A stretch of 64,000 bases of DNA from Eledone cirrhosa (taxonomy: Eukaryota): contig OZ024754.1 of NCBI GenBank assembly GCA_964016885.1, positions 25,854,001 through 25,918,000 on the forward strand. Reading direction: 5' to 3'. The notes below the pieces were generated by a model, which was not told where the DNA came from, did not search any database, and saw only the letters and a program-made list of their open reading frames with translations. Shown here one piece after another: positions 1-11,400 of the stretch. Each line of letters opens with the position of its first letter. Position 1 is the first letter of the stretch. Position numbers and translations under genes: made by a program.

Positions 1-3000
1 TGCTGTCCAGCTCACCCTGAGATTTTCTTCTCAGACAAACTTCTGCTGTCCACCTCTCCCTGAGAGTCTCTTCTCAGACAACCTGTGGCTGTCCAACTCT
101 CCTCGGAGTTTCTTCTCTGAGGACCTTCTGCTGTCCAGCTTTCCCTGAGAGTTTCTTCTCAGACGACCTTCTGCTGTCCAGCTCTCCCTGAGAGTTGCTT
201 CTCAGGCGACCTTCTGCTGTCCAGCTCTCCCTGAGAGTTTCTTCTCAGACAACCTTCTGCTGTCCAGCTCTCCTGAGAGTTTCTTCTCAGACAGGCTTCT
301 GCTCTCGACCTCTACTTAAAGTTTCTTCACAGATAACCTTCTGCTGTCCACCTCTCCGGAGAGTTTCTTCTCAGACAACCTGTGGCTGTCCACCTCTCCT
401 GAGAGTTTCTTCTCAGACAACCTTCTGCTGTCCAGCTCTCCTGAGAGTTTCTTCTCAGAGAACCTGCTGTTGTCCATCTCTCCTGAGAGTTTCTTCTCAG
501 ACAACCTGCTGCTGTCCACCTCTCCTGAGAGTTTCTTCTCAGACAACCTTCTGCTGTCCACCTCTCCTGAGAGGTTCTTCTCAGATAACCTGCTGCTGTC
601 CAGCTCTCCCTGAGAATTTCTTCTCAGACAACCCTCTGCTGTCCAGCTCTCCTGAAAGTTTCTTAACAGATAACGTTCTGCTGTCCACCTCTCCTGAGAC
701 TTTCTTCTCAGACAACCTGTGGCTGTCCACCTCTCCTGAGAGTTTCTTCTAAGACAACCTGCTGCTGTCCACCTCTCCTGAGAGTTTCTTCTCAGACAAG
801 CTGCTGTTGTCCACCTCTCCTGGGAGTTTCTTCTCAGACAACATTCTGCTGTCCACCTCTCCTGAGAGTTTCTTCTCAGACAACCTGTTGCTGTCCAACT
901 CTCCCTGAGAGTTTCTTCTCAGACGACCATCTGCTGTCCACCTCTCCTGAGAGTTTCTTCTCAGACAACCTTCTGCTGTCCACTTCTCCTGAGAGATTCT
1001 TCTCAGATGACCTTCTGCTGTCCAGCTCTCCTGAGAGTTTCTTCTCAGACAGCCTGCTGCTGTCCACCTCTCCTTAGTTTCTTCTCAGACAACCTTCTGC
1101 TGTCCAGCTCTCCCTGAGAGTTTCTTCTCAGACGACCTTCTGCTGTCCAGCTCTCCCTGAGAGTTTCTTCTCAGATGACCTGCTGCTGTCTAGCTCTCCC
1201 TGAGAGTTTCTTCTCAGACGACCTCCTGCTGTCCAGCTCTCCTGAGAGTTTCTTCTAAGACGACCTCCTGCTGTCCAGCTCTCCCTGAGAGTTTCTACTC
1301 AGACAACCTTCTGCCGTCCAGCTCTCCATGAGAATTTCTTCTCAGACGACCTTCTGCTGTCCAGCTCTCCCTGAGAGTTTCTTCTCAGACAAACTTCTGC
1401 TGTCCAGCTCTCCTGAGAGTTTCTTCTCAGACGACCTTCTGCCGTCCACCTCTCCCTGAGAGTTTCTTCTCAGACAACCTGTGGCTGTCGCACTCTTCTC
1501 AGAGTTTCTTCTCTGAGGACCTTCTGCTGTCCAGCTCTCCCTGAGAGTTTCTTCTCAGACGACCTTCTGCTCTCCAGCTCTCCCTGAGAGTTTCTTCTCA
1601 GACGACCTGCTGCTGTCCAGCTCTCCCTGAGAGTTTCTTCTCAGACAACCTTCTGCTGTCCAACTCTCCTGAGAGTTTCTTCTCAGACAACCTTCTGCTG
1701 TCCAGCTCTCCTGAAAGTTTCTTCTCAGACAATCTTCTACTGTCCACCTCTCCTGAAAGTTTCTTCTCAGACAACCTTCTGCTGTCCACCTCTCCTGAGA
1801 GTTTCTTCTCAGACAACCTGTGGCTGTCCACCTCTCCTGAGAGTTTCTTCTCAGACAACCTGCTGCTGTCCAACTCTCCTGAGAGTTTCTTCTCAGACAA
1901 CCCTCTGCTGTCCACCTCTCCTGAGAGTTTCTTCTAAGACAACCTGTTGCTGTCCAGCTCTCCCCGAGTGTTTCTTCTCAGACGACCTTCTGCTGTCCAC
2001 CTCTCCTGAGAGTTTCTTCTCAGACAACCTTCTGCTGTCCACCTCTCCTGAGAGTTTCTTCTCAGACGACCTTCTGCTGTCCAGCTCTCCTGAGAGTTTC
2101 TTCTCGGACAACCTGCTGCTGTCCACCTCTCCCTGAGAGTTTCTTCTCAGACAACCTGTGGCTGTCCAACTCTCCTCAGAGCTTCTTCTCTGAGGACCTT
2201 CTGCTGTCCAGATCTCCCTGAGAGTTTCTTCTCAGACGACCTTCTGCTGTCCAGCTCTCCTGAGAGTTTCTTCTCAGACGACCTTCTGCTGTCCACCTCT
2301 CCCTGAGAGTTTCTTCTCAGACAACCTTCTGCTGTCCAGCTCTCCTGAGAATTTCTTCTCAGACAGCCTTCTGCTGTCGACCTCTACTTAAAGTTTCTTC
2401 ACAGATAACCTTCTGCTGTCCACCTCTCCGGAGAGTTTCTTCTCGGACAACCTCTGGCTGTCCACCTCTCCTGAGAGTTTCTTCTCAGAGAACCTGCTGT
2501 TGTCCACCTCTCCTGAGAGTTTCTTCTCAGACAACCTGCTGCTGTCCACCTCTCCTGAGAGTTTCTTCTGAGACAACCTTCTGCTGTCCACCTCTCCTAA
2601 GAGGTTCTTCTCAGATAACCTGCTGCTGTCCAGCTCTCCCTGAGAGTTTCTTCTCAGACGACCTTCTGCTCTCCAGCTCTCCCTGAGAGTTTCTTCTCAG
2701 ACGACATGCTGCTGTCCAGCTCTCCCTGAGAGTTTCTTCTCAGACGACCTGCTGCTGTCCAGCTCACCCTGAGATTTTCTTCTCAGACAACCTTCTGCTG
2801 TCCACCTCTCCCTGAGAATCTCTTCCCAGACAACCTGTGGCTGTCCAACTCTCCTCGGAGTTTCTTCTCTGAGGACCTTCTGCTGTCCAGCTTTCCCTGA
2901 GAGTTTCTTCTCAGACGACCTTCTGCTGTCCAGCTCTCCTTGAGAGTTTCTTCTCAGGCGACCTTCTGCTGTCCAGCTCTCCCTGAGAGTTTCTTCTCAG

Positions 3001-6000
3001 ACAACCTTCTGCTGTCCAGCTCTCCTGAGAGTTTCTTCTCAGACAGCCTTCTGCTGTCCACCTCTCCTGAAAGTTTCTTCACAGATAACCTTCTGCTGTC
3101 CACCTCTCCTGAGAGTTTCTTCTCAGACAACCTTCTCCTGTCAAGCTCTCCCTGAGTGTTTCTTCTCAGACAACCTTCTGCTGTCCAGCTCTCCTGAGAG
3201 TTTCTTCTCAGACAACCTGCTGCTGTCCACCTCTCCTGAGAGTTTCTTCTCAGACAAGCTGCTGCTGTCCACCTCTCCTGAGAGTTTCTTCTCAGACAAC
3301 CTGCTGTTGTCCACCTCTCCTGAAATTTTCTTCTCAGACAACCTGCTGCTGTCCACCTCTCCTGAGAGTTTCTTCTCAGACAACCTTCTGCTGTCCACCT
3401 CTACTGCGAGGTTCTTCTCAGATAACCTTCTGCTGTCCAGCTCTCCTGAGAGTTTCTTCTCAGACAACCTTCTGCTGTCCAGCTCTCCTGAGAGTTTCTT
3501 CTCAGACAACCTGCTACTGTCCAGCTCTCCTGAAAGTTTCTTCTCAGACAACCTTCTGCTGTCCACCTCTCCTGAGAGTTTCTTCTCAGACAACCTACTG
3601 CTGTCCACCTCTCCTGAGAGTTTCTTCTCAGACAACCTTCTGCTGTCCAGCTCTCCCTGAGAGTTTCTTCTCAGACGACCATCTGCTGTCCACCTCTCCT
3701 GAGAGTTTCTTCTCAGACAACCTGCTGCTGTCCACCTCTCCTGAGAGTTTCTTCTCAGACGACCTTCTGCTCTCGAGCTCTTCAGAGAGTTTCTTCTCAG
3801 ACAACCTGCTGCTGTCCACCTCTCCTGAGAGTTTCTTCTCAGACAACCTTCTGCTGTCCAGCTCTCCCTGAGAGTTTCTTCTTAGACGACCTTCTGCTGT
3901 CCAGCTCTCCCTGAGAGTTTCTTCTCAGACAAACTTCTGCTGTCCAGCTATCCTGAGAGTTTCTTCTCAGACGACTTTCTGCTGTCCACCTCTCCTGAGA
4001 GATTCTTCTCAGACAAACTTCTGCTGTCCAGCTCTCCCTGAGAGTTTCTTCTCAGACAACCTTCTGCTGTCCAACTCTCCTGAGAGTTTCTTCTCAGACA
4101 ACCTGCTGCTGTCCAGCTCTGCCTGGGAGTTTCTTCTCAGACAACCTTCTGCTGTCCACCTCTCCTGAAAGTTTCTTCTCAGACAACCTTCTGCTGTCCA
4201 CCTCTCCTGAGAGTTTCTTCTCAGACAACCTGTGGCTGTCCACCTCTCCTGAGAGTTTCTTCTCAGACAACCTGCTGCTGTCCACCTCTCTTGAGAGTTT
4301 CTTCTCAGACAACCTTCTGCTGCCCACCACTCCTGAGAGTTTCTTCTAAGACAACCTGTTGCTGTCCAGCTCTCCCTGAGAGTTTCTTCTCAGACGACAT
4401 TCTGCTGTCCACCTCTCCTGAGAGTTTCTTCTTAGACAACCTGCTGCTGTCCACCTCTCCCTGAGAGTTTCTTCTCAGACGACCTGTGGCTGTCCAACTC
4501 TCCTCAGAGTCTCTTCTCTGAGGAGCTTCTGCTGTCCAGCTCTCCCTCAGAGTTTCTTCTCAGACGACCTCATTCTGTCCAGATCTCCTGAGAGTTTCTT
4601 CTCAGACGACCTTCTGCTGTCCACCTCTCCCTGAGAGTTTCTTCTCAGACAACCTGTGGCTGTCCCACTCTCCTCAGAGTTTCTTCTCTGAGGTCCTTCT
4701 GCTGTCCAGCTCTCCCTGAGAGTTTCTTCTCAGACGACCTTCTGCTGTCCAGCTCTCCCTGAGAGTTTCTTCTCAGACAACCTGCTGCTGTCCAGCTCTC
4801 CCTGAGAGTTTCTTCTCAGACGACCTTCTGCTGTCCAGCTCTCCCTGAGAGTTTCTTCTCAGACAACCTGTGGATGTCCCACTCTCCTCTAAGTTTCTTC
4901 TCTGAGGTCCTTCTGCTGTCCAGCTCTCCCTGAGAGTTTCTTCTCAGACGACCTTCTGCTCTCCAGCTCTCCCTGAGAGTTTCTTCTCAGACGACCTTCT
5001 GCTGTCCAGCTCTCCCTGAGAGTTTCTTCTCAGACGACCTGCTGCTGTCCAGCTCTCCCTGAGAGTTTCTTCTCAGACGACCTTCTGCTGTCCAGCCCTC
5101 CCTGAGAGTTTCTTCTCAGACGACCTGCTGCTGTCCAGCTCTCCCTGAGATTTTCTTCTCAGACAACCATCTGCTGTCCACCTCTCCCTGAGAGTTTCTT
5201 CTCAGACAACCTTCTGCTGTCCAGCTCTCCTGAGAGTTTCTTCTCAGACAGCCTTCTGCTGTCCACCTCTACTTAAAGTTTCTTCACAGATAACCTTCTG
5301 CTGTTCACCTCTCCGGAGAGTTTCTTCTCGGACAACCTGTGGCTGTCCACCTCTCCTGAGAGTTTCTTCTCAGACAACCTGCTGCTGTCCACCTCTCACT
5401 GAGAGTTTCTTCTCAGACAACCTGTGGCTGTCCAACTCTCCTCAGAGTTTCTTCTCTGAGGACCTTCTGCTGTCCAGATCTCCCTGAGAGTTTCTTCTCA
5501 GACGACCTTCTGCTGTCCAGCTCTCCTGAGAGTTTCTTCTCAGACGACCTTCTGCTGTCCACCTCTCCCTGAGAGTTTCTTCTCAGACAACCTTCTGCTG
5601 TCCAGCTCTCCTGAGAATTTCTTCTCAGACAGCCTTCTGCTGTCGACCTCTACTTAAAGTTTCTTCACAGATAACCTTCTGCTGTCCACCTCTCCGGAGA
5701 GTTTCTTCTCGGACAACCTCTGGCTGTCCACCTCTCCTGAGAGTTTCTTCTCAGAGAACCTGCTGTTGTCCACCTCTCCTGAGAGTTTCTTCTCAGACAA
5801 CCTGCTGCTGTCCACCTCTCCTGAGAGTTTCTTCTGAGACAACCTTCTGCTGTCCACCTCTCCTGAGAGGTTCTTCTCAGATAACCTGCTGCTGTCCAGC
5901 TCTCGCTGAGAGTTTCTTCTCAGACGACCTTCTGCTCTCCAGCTCTCCCTGAGAGTTTCTTCTCAGACGACATGCTGCTGTCCAGCTCTCCCTGAGAGTT

Positions 6001-9000
6001 TCTTCTCAGACGACCTTCTGCTGTCCAGCTCTCCCTGAGAGTTTCTTCTCAGACGACCTGCTGCTGTCCAGCTCACCCTGAGATTTTCTTCTCAGACAAA
6101 CTTCTGCTGTCCACCTCTCCCTGAGAGTCTCTTCTCAGACAACCTGTGGCTGTCCAACTCTCCTCGGAGTTTCTTCTCTGAGGACCTTCTGCTGTCCAGC
6201 TTTCCCTGAGAGTTTCTTCTCAGACGACCTTCTGCTGTCCAGCTCTCCCTGAGAGTTGCTTCTCAGGCGACCTTCTGCTGTCCAGCTCTCCCTGAGAGTT
6301 TCTTCTCAGACAACCTTCTGCTGTCCAGCTCTCCTGAGAGTTTCTTCTCAGACAGGCTTCTGCTCTCGACCTCTACTTAAAGTTTCTTCACAGATAACCT
6401 TCTGCTGTCCACCTCTCCGGAGAGTTTCTTCTCAGACAACCTGTGGCTGTCCACCTCTCCTGAGAGTTTCTTCTCAGACAACCTTCTGCTGTCCAGCTCT
6501 CCTGAGAGTTTCTTCTCAGAGAACCTGCTGTTGTCCACCTCTCCTGAGAGTTTCTTCTCAGACAACCTGCTGCTGTCCACCTCTCCTGAGAGTTTCTTCT
6601 CAGACAACCTTCTGCTGTCCACCTCTCCTGAGAGGTTCTTCTCAGATAACCTGCTGCTGTCCAGCTCTCCCTGAGAATTTCTTCTCAGACAACCCTCTGC
6701 TGTCCAGCTCTCCTGAAAGTTTCTTAACAGATAACGTTCTGCTGTCCACCTCTCCTGAGACTTTCTTCTCAGACAACCTGTGGCTGTCCACCTCTCCTGA
6801 GAGTTTCTTCTAAGACAACCTGCTGCTGTCCACCTCTCCTGAGAGTTTCTTCTCAGACAAGCTGCTGTTGTCCACCTCTCCTGGGAGTTTCTTCTCAGAC
6901 AACATTCTGCTGTCCACCTCTCCTGAGAGTTTCTTCTCAGACAACCTGTTGCTGTCCAACTCTCCCTGAGAGTTTCTTCTCAGACGACCATCTGCTGTCC
7001 ACCTCTCCTGAGAGTTTCTTCTCAGACAACCTTCTGCTGTCCACTTCTCCTGAGAGATTCTTCTCAGATGACCTTCTGCTGTCCAGCTCTCCTGAGAGTT
7101 TCTTCTCAGACAGCCTGCTGCTGTCCACCTCTCCTTAGTTTCTTCTCAGACAACCTTCTGCTGTCCAGCTCTCCCTGAGAGTTTCTTCTCAGACGACCTT
7201 CTGCTGTCCAGCTCTCCCTGAGAGTTTCTTCTCAGATGACCTGCTGCTGTCTAGCTCTCCCTGAGAGTTTCTTCTCAGACGACCTCCTGCTGTCCAGCTC
7301 TCCTGAGAGTTTCTTCTAAGACGACCTCCTGCTGTCCAGCTCTCCCTGAGAGTTTCTACTCAGACAACCTTCTGCCGTCCAGCTCTCCATGAGAATTTCT
7401 TCTCAGACGACCTTCTGCTGTCCAGCTCTCCCTGAGAGTTTCTTCTCAGACAAACTTCTGCTGTCCAGCTCTCCTGAGAGTTTCTTCTCAGACGACCTTC
7501 TGCCGTCCACCTCTCCCTGAGAGTTTCTTCTCAGACAACCTGTGGCTGTCGCACTCTTCTCAGAGTTTCTTCTCTGAGGACCTTCTGCTGTCCAGCTCTC
7601 CCTGAGAGTTTCTTCTCAGACGACCTTCTGCTCTCCAGCTCTCCCTGAGAGTTTCTTCCCAGACGACCTGCTGCTGTCCAGCTCTCCCTGAGAGTTTCTT
7701 CTCAGACAACCTTCTGCTGTCCAACTCTCCTGAGAGTTTCTTCTCAGACAACCTTCTGCTGTCCAGCTCTCCTGAAAGTTTCTTCTCAGACAATCTTCTA
7801 CTGTCCACCTCTCCTGAAAGTTTCTTCTCAGACAACCTTCTGCTGTCCACCTCTCCTGAGAGTTTCTTCTCAGACAACCTGTGGCTGTCCACCTCTCCTG
7901 AGAGTTTCTTCTCAGACAACCTGCTGCTGTCCAACTCTCCTGAGAGTTTCTTCTCAGACAACCCTCTGCTGTCCACCTCTCCTGAGAGTTTCTTCTAAGA
8001 CAACCTGTTGCTGTCCAGCTCTCCCCGAGTGTTTCTTCTCAGACGACCTTCTGCTGTCCACCTCTCCTGAGAGTTTCTTCTCAGACAACCTTCTGCTGTC
8101 CACCTCTCCTGAGAGTTTCTTCTCAGACGACCTTCTGCTGTCCAGCTCTCCTGAGAGTTTCTTCTCAGACAACCTGCTGCTGTCCACCTCTCCCTGAGAG
8201 TTTCTTCTCAGACAACCTGTGGCTGTCCAACTCTCCTCAGAGCTTCTTCTCTGAGGACCTTCTGCTGTCCAGATCTCCCTGAGAGTTTCTTCTCAGACGA
8301 CCTTCTGCTGTCCAGCTCTCCTGAGAGTTTCTTCTCAGACGACCTTCTGCTGTCCACCTCTCCCTGAGAGTTTCTTCTCAGACAACCTTCTGCTGTCCAG
8401 CTCTCCTGAGAATTTCTTCTCAGACAGCCTTCTGCTGTCGACCTCTACTTAAAGTTTCTTCACAGATAACCTTCTGCTGTCCACCTCTCCGGAGAATTTC
8501 TTCTCAGACAACCTCTGGCTGTCCACCTCTCCTGAGAGTTTCTTCTCAGAGAACCTGCTGTTGTCCACCTCTCCTGAGAGTTTCTTCTCAGACAACCTGC
8601 TGCTGTCCACCTCTCCTGAGAGTTTCTTCTGAGACAACCTTCTGCTGTCCACCTCTCCTAAGAGGTTCTTCTCAGATAACCTGCTGCTGTCCAGCTCTCC
8701 CTGAGAGTTTCTTCTCAGACGACCTTCTGCTCTCCAGCTCTCCCTGAGAGTTTCTTCTCAGACGACATGCTGCTGTCCAGCTCTCCCTGAGAGTTTCTTC
8801 TCAGACGACCTGCTGCTGTCCAGCTCACCCTGAGATTTTCTTCTCAGACAACCTTCTGCTGTCCACCTCTCCCTGAGAATCTCTTCCCAGACAACCTGTT
8901 AGTTGTCCAACTCTCCTCGGAGTTTCTTCTCTGAGGACCTTCTGCTGTCCAGCTTTCCCTGAGAGTTTCTTCTCAGACGACCTTCTGCTGTCCAGCTCTC

Positions 9001-11400
9001 CTTGAGAGTTTCTTCTCAGGCGACCTTCTGCTGTCCAGCTCTCCCTGAGAGTTTCTTCTCAGACAACCTTCTGCTGTCCAGCTCTCCTGAGAGTTTCTTC
9101 TCAGACAGCCTTCTGCTGTCCACCTCTCCTGAAAGTTTCTTCACAGATAACCTTCTGCTGTCCACCTCTCCTGAGAGTTTCTTCTCAGACAACCTTCTCC
9201 TGTCAAGCTCTCCCTGAGTGTTTCTTCTCAGACAACCTTCTGCTGTCCAGCTCTCCTGAGAGTTTCTTCTCAGACAACCTGCTGCTGTCCACCTCTCCTG
9301 AGAGTTTCTTCTCAGACAAGCTGCTGCTGTTCACCTCTCCTGAGAGTTTCTTCTCAGACAACCTGCTGTTGTCCACCTCTCCTGAAATTTTCTTCTCAGA
9401 CAACCTGCTGCTGTCCACCTCTCCTGAGAGTTTCTTCTCAGACAACCTTCTGCTGTCCACCTCTACTGCGAGGTTCTTCTCAGATAACCTTCTGCTGTCC
9501 AGCTCTCCTGAGAGTTTCTTCTCAGACAACCTTCTGCTGTCCAGCTCTCCTGAGAGTTTCTTCTCAGACAACCTGCTACTGTCCAGCTCTCCTGAAAGTT
9601 TCTTCTCAGACAACCTTCTGCTGTCCACCTCTCCTGAGAGTTTCTTCTCAGACAACCTACTGCTGTGCACCTCTCCTGAGAGTTTCTTCTCAGACAACCT
9701 TCTGCTGTCCAGCTCTCCCTGAGAGTTTCTTCTCAGACGACCATCTGCTGTCCACCTCTCCTGAGAGTTTCTTCTCAGACAACCTGCTGCTGTCCACCTC
9801 TCCTGAGAGTTTCTTCTCAGACGACCTTCTGCTCTCGAGCTCTTCAGAGAGTTTCTTCTCAGACAACCTGCTGCTGTCCACCTCTCCTGAGAGTTTCTTC
9901 TCAGACAACCTTCTGCTGTCCAGCTCTCCCTGAGAGTTTCTTCTTAGACGACCTTCTGCTGTCCAGCTCTCCCTGAGAGTTTCTTCTCAGACAAACTTCT
10001 GCTGTCCAGCTATCCTGAGAGTTTCTTCTCAGACGACTTTCTGCTGTCCACCTCTCCTGAGAGTTTCTTCTCAGACAAACTTCTGCTGTCCAGCTCTCCC
10101 TGAGAGTTTCTTCTCAGACAACCTTCTGCTGTCCAACTCTCCTGAGAGTTTCTTCTCAGACAACCTGCTGCTGTCCAGCTCTGCCTGGGAGTTTCTTCTC
10201 AGACAACCTTCTGCTGTCCACCTCTCCTGAAAGTTTCTTCTCAGACAACCTTCTTCTGTCCACCTCTCCTGAGAGTTTCTTCTCAGACAACCTGTGGCTA
10301 TCCACCTCTCCTGAGAGTTTCTTCTCAGACAACCTGCTGCTGTCCACCTCTCTTGAGAGTTTCTTCTCAGACAACCTTCTGCTGCCCACCACTCCTGAGA
10401 ATTTCTTCTAAGACAACCTGTTGCTGTCCAGCTCTCCCTGAGAGTTTCTTCTCAGACGACATTCTGCTGTCCACCTCTCCTGAGAGTTTCTTCTTAGACA
10501 ACCTGCTGCTGTCCACCTCTCCCTGAGAGTTTCTTCTCAGACAACCTGTGGCTGTCCAACTCTCCTCAGAGTCTCTTCTCTGAGGAGCTTCTGCTGTCCA
10601 GCTCTCCCTCAGAGTTTCTTCTCAGACGACCTCATTCTGTCCAGATCTCCTGAGAGTTTCTTCTCAGACGACCTTCTGCTGTCCACCTCTCCCTGAGAGT
10701 TTCTTCTCAGACAACCTGTGACTGTACCACTCTCCTCAGAGTTTCTTCTCTGAGGTCCTTCTGCTGTCCAGCTCTCCCTGAGAGTTTCTTCTCAGACGAC
10801 CTGCTGCTGTCCAGCTCTCCCTGAGAGTTTCTTCTCAGACGACCTTCTGCTGTCCAGCTCTCCCTGAGAGTTTCTTCTCAGACAACCTGTGGATGTCCCA
10901 CTCTCCTCTAAGTTTCTTCTCTGAGGTCCTTCTGCTGTCCAGCTCTCCCTGAGAGTTTCTTCTCAGACGACCTTCTGCTCTCCAGCTCTCCCTGAGAGTT
11001 TCTTCTCCGACGACCTTCTGCTGTCCAGCTCTCCCTGAGAGTTTCTTCTCAGACGACCTGCTGCTGTCCATCTCTCCCTGAGAGTTTCTTCTCAGACGAC
11101 CTTCTGCTGTCCAGCCCTCCCTGAGAGTTTCTTCTCAGACGACCTGCTGCTGTCCAGCTCTCCCTGAGATTTTCTTCTCAGACAACCTTCTGCTGTCCAC
11201 CTCTCCCTGAGAGTTTCTTCTCAGACAACCTTCTGCTGTCCAGCTCTCCTGAGAGTTTCTTCTCAGACAGCCTTCTGCTGTCCACCTCTACTTAAAGTTT
11301 CTTCACAGATAACCTTCTGCTGTTCACCTCTCCGGAGAGTTTCTTCTCGGACAACCTGTGGCTGTCCACCTCTCCTGAGAGTTTCTTCTCAGACAACCTT
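1..11400 (+). repeat. Recent tandem duplication, period about 6061 bp (about 143 monomers): 1-~5380 copied at ~6062-11400
   Basis: ORF pairs at constant offset: 195/6256, 316/6377, 876/6937, 1893/7954, 2388/8449 (6061) and 2940/9002, 3141/9203, 4094/10156 (6062). Private variants are shared, e.g. ttcttaacagataacgtt and gctctcgagctcttcag. Confidence 0.93.
2135..6240 (+). repeat. Internal duplication at offset 3266 bp (~2135-2975 vs ~5400-6240)
   Basis: Identical ORFs 2388..2591 and 5654..5857. Shared variants ccagatctccc, gtcgacctctacttaaag, cctctggctg and gacgacatgctg occur in the same order. Confidence 0.85.
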
